From: a bacterium | Lineage (GTDB): Archaea; Thermoproteota; Bathyarchaeia; 40CM-2-53-6 | Assembly: GCA_021323995.1 (NCBI GenBank) | Contig: JAJPJY010000069.1 | Location: 1 to 43,147, forward strand | Length of the DNA stretch: 43,147 nt | Direction: 5' to 3' | Shown here: positions 38,067 through 43,147 of the stretch, one piece after another | How the letters are laid out: the number at the start of each line of letters is the position of its first letter | Position numbering within the stretch: the first letter of the stretch is position 1 | The notes under the pieces: model-generated | Databases searched by the model: none | What the model saw: only the letters and a program-made list of their open reading frames with translations | Told to the model about the DNA's origin: nothing | Position numbers and translations under genes: made by a program

Positions 38067-38074
38067 GAGGACAA

Positions 38075-38201
38075 TGGCGCCGGGAGTGGGATTTGAACCC
38101 ACGCGTCCGTGAGGACACAGGCTGACAGGAGAGCCATTTTCCAGACATGGGCCCGCACTGTTCTGAGCGGACTGCCCGGTACCAGGCTCCGGAATCCCGG
38201 C
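38075..38201 (-). tRNA. tRNA-Ser(GGA) with two introns (29/30 at 38147-38171; 37/38 at 38124-38138) and encoded CCA
   Basis: Acceptor GCCGGGA/TCCCGGC, G73, D-stem CCGG/CCGG, long variable arm GTCC/GGAC, T-arm GTGGG-TTCAAAT-CCCAC; spliced anticodon arm CAGGT-CTGGAAA-GCCTG; 87 nt mature. Confidence 0.88.
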
Positions 38202-38277
38202 CCGACAAGCCACAATGTCCATGGACTATTTTTCCCCTTTGGACACTGAAAACAACCCGCGAATCATCCGGAATGAG

Positions 38278-38457
38278 ATGATGAGAAGTAGAGTGGCGAT
38301 GGGAGCGAGCCAGCCAGCAACCCTTAACGGGCGTATTGGCAGTGCTCGCGCCCGGGGGACGCCACCCTTGTATTGGGTTTACCGGTGAAAACGGTCCTAA
38401 GCTATGTGTTACCCGTGACCATGAGGACCCGTAACCGTGGGAACCTAGCCCGGTAGG
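38278..38457. ncRNA. Candidate structured RNA of unknown class
   Basis: GC-rich intergenic stretch with a 77-nt nested hairpin (38291-38367) and three smaller hairpins. Confidence 0.45.
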
Positions 38458-38500
38458 CACGATTTTAAGAGACCAAGCCGCCCATTGGAGCAGGGTAGTT

Positions 38501-39349
38501 TTGGACCACTGCGCAGTATGCGGGGCAGAGGAGTTCATTCCCTACAACTGTCGATACTGTGGCGGCGTCCACTGCGTCTACCATCGACTACCCGAGAACC
38601 ATGAATGCCCAAACATAGCCCAGGCACGCGCGCCCCGGCAGAACGTTCAGCTAGAACGTCGACGAACCGGGACCACTCTACGACTAGTCCGGTCTCCCCG
38701 AATCGCCATGATGCCCGGCCGAGAAATTCTCGCACTCTCCGTCGCTTGGATCGTCCTTGGAATCAGCTTCTCCACCCGGTGGATGTACCTAGGCTGGCTC
38801 TCGCAGCCCGTAGCTTTCCTCGAAATCTTCCTCCTAACATTGCTGATCATTGGCACCGGCTTTCTCGGACACGAACTAGCCCACAAGCTTGTAGCCCAGC
38901 GTTACGGTGCATGGGCAGAGTTCAGACTCTGGACTATCGGCGCCATAATGGCGTTAGCCTTCGCGGCCATACCCCCAGGAAATGTTGTCTTCGCCGCGCC
39001 AGGAGCAGTCTACATCGCGTCACGCTCTAGATACCTTGCTGATGTTATGGACCGGAAAACTAACGGAATAGTCTCCCTCGTCGGACCCCTCGTCAACGTT
39101 GCAGCAGCAGGAGTCGCCGGATTACTCTACGCCGGCCTCTCAGCTGCTCGTATAGGGATGACGATCAGCGGCTTCAACCCGCTCCTCTGGGCTATCCAGA
39201 TCAACCTCTGGCTGGGAGCGTTCAACATGATACCGCTCTTCATTCTCGACGGTCAGAAAGTGCTCAGCTGGAACAAGACGATCTGGGCATTGATAACAAT
39301 CCCGCTATGGACAGCAACAGCCCTCAGCATCCTACTACTATTCCCGTGA
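38501..39349 (+). CDS. AN1-type zinc finger fused to a site-2 (M50) intramembrane metalloprotease
   Basis: C..CG..PY.CRYCGG.HC..HRLPENHEC; HELAH; GPLVN; FNMIP...LDG. Confidence 0.9.
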   Translation: MDHCAVCGAEEFIPYNCRYCGGVHCVYHRLPENHECPNIAQARAPRQNVQLERRRTGTTLRLVRSPRIAMMPGREILALSVAWIVLGISFSTRWMYLGWLSQPVAFLEIFLLTLLIIGTGFLGHELAHKLVAQRYGAWAEFRLWTIGAIMALAFAAIPPGNVVFAAPGAVYIASRSRYLADVMDRKTNGIVSLVGPLVNVAAAGVAGLLYAGLSAARIGMTISGFNPLLWAIQINLWLGAFNMIPLFILDGQKVLSWNKTIWALITIPLWTATALSILLLFP

Positions 39350-39499
39350 GTCTGAGCCCCATCTCAGCACACTACCGCCGGTAAAGCGATACTCTTGTCC
39401 ACACTTGGCGCAGACAACTGTATACTCTTCATCAGCAGCGACTTGGACCTTGATCTCTTCGCCACAGTTGCAGACGAAAGAGACCTCGCTGGTTGACAT
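39338..39499 (-). CDS. 53-aa zinc-ribbon protein coupled to cbf5 (absent from ORF track)
   Basis: ATG 1 nt after the cbf5 stop; MSTSEVSFVCNCGEEIKVQVAADEEYTVVCAKCGQEYRFTGGSVLRWGSDSRE*. Confidence 0.7.
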   Translation of the reverse strand: MSTSEVSFVCNCGEEIKVQVAADEEYTVVCAKCGQEYRFTGGSVLRWGSDSRE

Positions 39500-39500
39500 T

Positions 39501-40545
39501 CTAGGATGAGGTTGCAACCTGGACAGTCTGGCTCGGCCGCGACTTCCACAATCGGGGATAAGTGTCGACCGGCATGATCACCCGGACCGTCTTGGCAGCA
39601 ATCCCTCGTTCTTCTTTCATTATCTGCTCGCTCGACATCAATGCTCTAGACAATGCGACCAGCTCCTCCTTCAACGTGAACAATGCGATCGGCGTACGGG
39701 GATAGATCTTGTCGCTAAGCCGGACAATTCCCGGAACCGCCAGCTCCGCACCGTGACAGATAGAACTGACCGCAGAGTCACGCAAGTACACGCGCGGAAT
39801 GTAGTCGAACGCTGATTCCATCGGCTTGACAATTTTTCGAAACAATTCCTCTCTCTTTTCGCCGGTAGACTGTGACAGCTCTAGCACGTCGTAGAGCGAT
39901 TGAATGTCGGATTCGCTGAAGCTGCCCGCACGAGTCCTCCTCAGCTCTCGCATGTGAGCACCCACCTGGAGCACTTCGCCTAGGTCATAGACGAGTTTTC
40001 GGATGTAGGTTCCGGCTTGGCATCCGACCCTGAACAGGACCTGTCGACCATCAATCTCTACATCTCTGATGTAGTAGATCCGTCTTTTTCGAAGATCCCT
40101 TCTCACCGCCGCCCTTACCGGCGGCCTCTGAAGAATATCGCCAACAAACTCGTTGAGTGCGGCTTCTATCTTAGGTTGGTCTATGTCTCCGTGTAGTGCC
40201 ATGAGACAGACGTATTCTTTGCCGGTGAGGAGAAACGCCTGGATCGTCTTGGTAGCGTCTTCGAGTGCTAGCGGCAAGACACCGGTGACCATCGGATTGC
40301 TCCGACCCTTGTCGGGTCTCTAGAGTTCCGCCGTGGCCAGCGTGTTTCAATCCTAGCATTCTTTTCACCCACGCCACAACCTCGTGGCTTGACGGTCCAG
40401 ACGGCTTATCCAGGTTGATCAGTCCAAACCGGATGTGCTGGTCTAACGGTCTCTTCAGAGGAGGACAACCGTACGATGGGTCGGTCTCTTCTTCGAGCTT
40501 GACCAGCAGTTTTCTCTCAGTTTCCCATGGCGCGATCTGAGACAC
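39501..40545 (-). CDS. cbf5: H/ACA pseudouridine synthase Cbf5; exons 40545-40320 and 40297-39501
   Basis: [13 protein letters not shown], spliced [41 protein letters not shown] domain. Confidence 0.95.
40298..40319 (-). other. 22-nt BHB intron in cbf5 mRNA
   Basis: Central helix CTCT/GGAG, bulges AG^A and CA^A, intron stem GACCC-GACAA-GGGTC; removal restores the frame and the catalytic Asp. Confidence 0.92.
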
Positions 40546-40642
40546 TCAAATCTCCAACGAAAACCGTTGAGCGTCGAGTCTCTTAAAGAATCCCGAATAT
40601 CGGGAACGGTCGAAGACTGAAAAGAATCGTACAGCGATTCGT

Positions 40643-40939
40643 CTATGCGGTCGTCATTATCTCGGTCGGGAGAACCTTCTCTTTGAGCGACTCTGCCTTC
40701 TTGCCCCGCCCAAATGCTTTCGATACATCCTCGTCAGAGGCGCCTTTCTTGACCTCCACCGTGTCCTCAGTAGGCTCGAGATGTTTCACATTGGTCCGTC
40801 GTCGTCTGACCCCCGTGACCTTTAGCGGCCCAGTTACTAGGACGAAGTTCTTGTCAATCACATCGACAATAACGCACTTGTGTCCCGCTTCGCGGCCGTT
40901 GAGCTTGACGCAGATTCGCCCGACTTCTATGCTTGGCAT
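40643..40939 (-). CDS. rpl14e: 50S ribosomal protein L14e
   Basis: IEVGRICVKL.GREAG.KCVIVDVIDKNFVLVTGP..GVRRRR.NVKHLEPT. Confidence 0.96.
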   Translation of the reverse strand: MPSIEVGRICVKLNGREAGHKCVIVDVIDKNFVLVTGPLKVTGVRRRRTNVKHLEPTEDTVEVKKGASDEDVSKAFGRGKKAESLKEKVLPTEIMTTA

Positions 40940-40981
40940 GTTCTTCTAGTCCTAGGATGGTTTTGCGTGGAAAATTCTCAT

Positions 40982-41542
40982 TTAAGGCTTCGTCGCCTTA
41001 TGCCGCTCCTTCTTAGCCCTCTTCACCATCAACGCCGCGTCAAGAAGAACCCTCGCCGTGTCGTCAATAGATCCTAAGCTCGTATCAAGGATCAGATGGT
41101 AGATGGATCGGTCTTCGACACGAAATCCGTAGTGGCGGAGATATCTCTCGCTCTGTACCGACTCTCTCTTCTCAGTCTGAACCCGGGCCTCATCGATACT
41201 CAGCTTGTCTCGCTTGGCGATTCGTTCTAGCCGGATGTTTTCGGGTGCCGTTAGATAGATTCGAAGATCTGCCTTGTCCATTATGACCCAGCCTACAAGT
41301 TGGCCATCGATGACGGCGTCACCTTCGTCGGCTTCTTTTACTGTTCTCTCGTCTACGAGCTTGTCGATCGAGAAATCCTCTAGCGCTTTTCGGCCCATGT
41401 CTAGGATCGAGAGATTGTTTTCTCGCGCAATCTTCCGAAACAGAACGCCCGCGGAAACATGCCGTAGTCGCAGGTCTTTTGCGAGTCGTGCTGCGTAGGT
41501 AGACTTGCCGGTTCCGTGGGGCCCGCTTACTGAAATAATCAT
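40982..41542 (-). CDS. cmk: Cytidylate kinase (archaeal type)
   Basis: MIISVSGPHGTGKST P-loop, SAG.LFR; ATGA overlap with the rpl34e stop. Confidence 0.9.
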   Translation of the reverse strand: MIISVSGPHGTGKSTYAARLAKDLRLRHVSAGVLFRKIARENNLSILDMGRKALEDFSIDKLVDERTVKEADEGDAVIDGQLVGWVIMDKADLRIYLTAPENIRLERIAKRDKLSIDEARVQTEKRESVQSERYLRHYGFRVEDRSIYHLILDTSLGSIDDTARVLLDAALMVKRAKKERHKATKP

Positions 41543-41811
41543 GTATCGGTATTGGAAGCCCGGACCAACGCGCGGATCTGGGTTGAGAGACAGTTCGCGC
41601 ATAATACTCCGCCGAAAGCTCGTCCCGGCCTACGAGCGCTTCTGGCCAGGCTCTGCGGTTTTCTCGTCTGGACCCCATGCAACTCTCGTCCACAGCGCGC
41701 GCACTCCGCCTTCGCCGGAGCTCTAGCCTCAAAGTGGAAAGTTCTTCTGCCAGACGGCAGCCGTACGGCTAGCCTTCTTCGTCCATGTGTTCTCTGAGAC
41801 GGTTTGGTCAT
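41539..41811 (-). CDS. rpl34e: 50S ribosomal protein L34e
   Basis: R.PSGR..CARCG..L.GV..RP.R.FGGVLC..CL. Confidence 0.92.
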   Translation of the reverse strand: MTKPSQRTHGRRRLAVRLPSGRRTFHFEARAPAKAECARCGRELHGVQTRKPQSLARSARRPGRAFGGVLCANCLSTQIRALVRASNTDT

Positions 41812-42404
41812 TTCGTATCACCAGTAGGCGAGGCCATTGAGAACGCGGAGGCCACTCCGAATATTCTTGTAAGTGGGATGCTGATGGAGAATGAGCAGAT
41901 CAGGTACCAGAAGAACAGCGACAAGACTGCCACGCTTCCCGGGTTGGCGGGGTTGCCAAGTATCGCCGCGAATGGAATCGCAAATGGGACGTAGGCGATA
42001 GCGTGGGTTGAGGTTAGAGCGAATCCTAGGACTGCATAGATCAGGTAGAACGGAACAATCGTTATCGGGTATGTCTTCATCTGCTCGAGCGTAGCTCTGA
42101 ACTGCATCTTCTGCATCGATGGACTCCTCTTCATCAGCTTGTCCAACTGTTTCTCGTCCCCATCCTTCCGCGCCTTGTTCATAGCCTTCATGAAAGCCAT
42201 GTATTCTTGTCTTACCCTCGCAATCATCTTGTAATCCACGAGGAACCGGTTAGCGCTCATCGCGACAAGAGAGAGAAGCAGCGCCGCGCCAAACACCGAG
42301 AATGTGGACAAGGGCACACAAGTCTGGTTAGGCATATTGTACGAGGCGCAGGCCGAATGCAAGCCTCCTCCGAGGAAGCTGATAATGTCGCCTATTGATA
42401 CCAA
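41808..42404 (-). CDS. DUF106 / EMC3-TMCO1 (Oxa1-superfamily) membrane insertase
   Basis: TM, coiled coil, 2 TM with WYLICSF; canonical position between adk and rpl34e. Confidence 0.85.
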   Translation of the reverse strand: MVSIGDIISFLGGGLHSACASYNMPNQTCVPLSTFSVFGAALLLSLVAMSANRFLVDYKMIARVRQEYMAFMKAMNKARKDGDEKQLDKLMKRSPSMQKMQFRATLEQMKTYPITIVPFYLIYAVLGFALTSTHAIAYVPFAIPFAAILGNPANPGSVAVLSLFFWYLICSFSISIPLTRIFGVASAFSMASPTGDTK

Positions 42405-42405
42405 T

Positions 42406-42990
42406 CTAGGTCCGCTTCTGAATCATATCCAAGAGATCAATAGCCGTCTTTGCCTGCTGCCCGTCCCGGTTGTGAACAATCTGTATCGGAACCCCCGCCA
42501 GGACCGCGTTGCAGCTTGCCATATACCGTGACCATTGCAGATCCTCCTTAGCGTCTTCAACGTTTCCCCCGTCCCGGTACCTGGTAGCGTCTGTCGCTCG
42601 TCTCTGGGCTATCTCTTCCGCGTCCGCTTCGATCAGAATGATCATGTTCGGATCCAATGCTTCGAGAACCTTTTGAGGAGTGCCAGGCCAGACCCCGTCA
42701 GCGGTTTTAACAAACATATGCGTGTCCACGACAACAGCCGCCTTTCCGGGCGTCCTCGAGATGATGCGGGCTGCTTGTTGCTGAATTCTTGACTGTAGTG
42801 TAATGTCTTGGCGACGCATGTGATCTCTATGGATCGTCTTGCCACTCTTCTTGAACAGCTCACTCATAACATTCCCAAAGTTCACAATCTTCAGCGGGAC
42901 ATTTTTTTCCTTAGCGAGCCTGTCAAGCTCTAAGAGCACCGTGGTCTTGCCGACCCCGGGTATGCCCGCTACTATGATCGTTCCCTGCAT
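42406..42990 (-). CDS. adkA: Adenylate kinase (archaeal type)
   Basis: GIPGVGKTT, VNFG..M, RD.MR, VDTH, RR..D.TR.RD. Confidence 0.93.
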   Translation of the reverse strand: MQGTIIVAGIPGVGKTTVLLELDRLAKEKNVPLKIVNFGNVMSELFKKSGKTIHRDHMRRQDITLQSRIQQQAARIISRTPGKAAVVVDTHMFVKTADGVWPGTPQKVLEALDPNMIILIEADAEEIAQRRATDATRYRDGGNVEDAKEDLQWSRYMASCNAVLAGVPIQIVHNRDGQQAKTAIDLLDMIQKRT

Positions 42991-43000
42991 GTCCAGTCCT

Positions 43001-43147
43001 CTATCCTAAGAGTCCCTTGGTGCCTGGGTATATCTCGGTGATTCTCTCCTTTACTAGAATCTCGTAGTATTGCTGGATAATGCCGACAGTCAGTAGTATC
43101 CCTGTTCCTGTTCCGAATGCTCCGAGGAAGTCAGCTCCCGCTGCAAT
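43001..43147 (-). CDS. secY: Preprotein translocase SecY, C-terminal part (truncated by window edge)
   Basis: [35 protein letters not shown]. Confidence 0.92.
   Translation of the reverse strand: MAAGADFLGAFGTGTGILLTVGIIQQYYEILVKERITEIYPGTKGLLG

Noticed and set aside
38278-38457. SRP RNA, RNase P RNA, 5S rRNA or a canonical C/D guide
   Set aside because: No SRP helix 8 motif, no P4/CR-V motifs, no 5S fold, and no CTGA D box downstream of the C-like box.
40171-40545. cbf5 as a split gene or pseudogene
   Set aside because: The frameshift is fully explained by a well-formed BHB intron at the known cbf5 intron site.
1-43147. CRISPR array, rRNA, IS transposase
   Set aside because: No periodic repeat-spacer pattern, rRNA-like sequence or transposase motifs were seen by eye.

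Overview
Archaeal chromosome segment from the TACK group, most likely Bathyarchaeia (inferred from archaeal secY-adkA-DUF106/EMC3-rpl34e-cmk-rpl14e-cbf5 synteny, BHB introns, TATA-like promoters and GGAGGTGA ribosome-binding sites). The right end (38-43 kb) is core. It includes a cbf5 gene split by a 22-nt BHB intron in the catalytic Asp codon and a tRNA-Ser(GGA) with two introns. The left half (1-25 kb) holds stress, transport and metal genes: panD, a ChrB/ChrF-like gene with an MFS transporter, an aquaporin, a Cys-poor CsoR with an atypical GACG-motif P1B-ATPase, a CLC channel and a TetA-like MFS. It also has two paralogous Ig-like surface proteins: one is fused through a TM helix to a degenerate KaiC/RAD55 ATPase, and the other is frameshifted just before its membrane anchor. 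About 25.8-38 kb, next to the tRNA 3' end, is a variable island. It contains an orphan RHS toxin/immunity pair between 178-bp direct repeats of an SPFH gene start, many small membrane and zinc-ribbon proteins, and a dead tyrosine-recombinase-fold/Swt1-HEPN fusion beside a decayed DUF559-like nuclease. No CRISPR array, rRNA or intact transposase was seen. All family calls come from reading motifs by eye, not from database searches.
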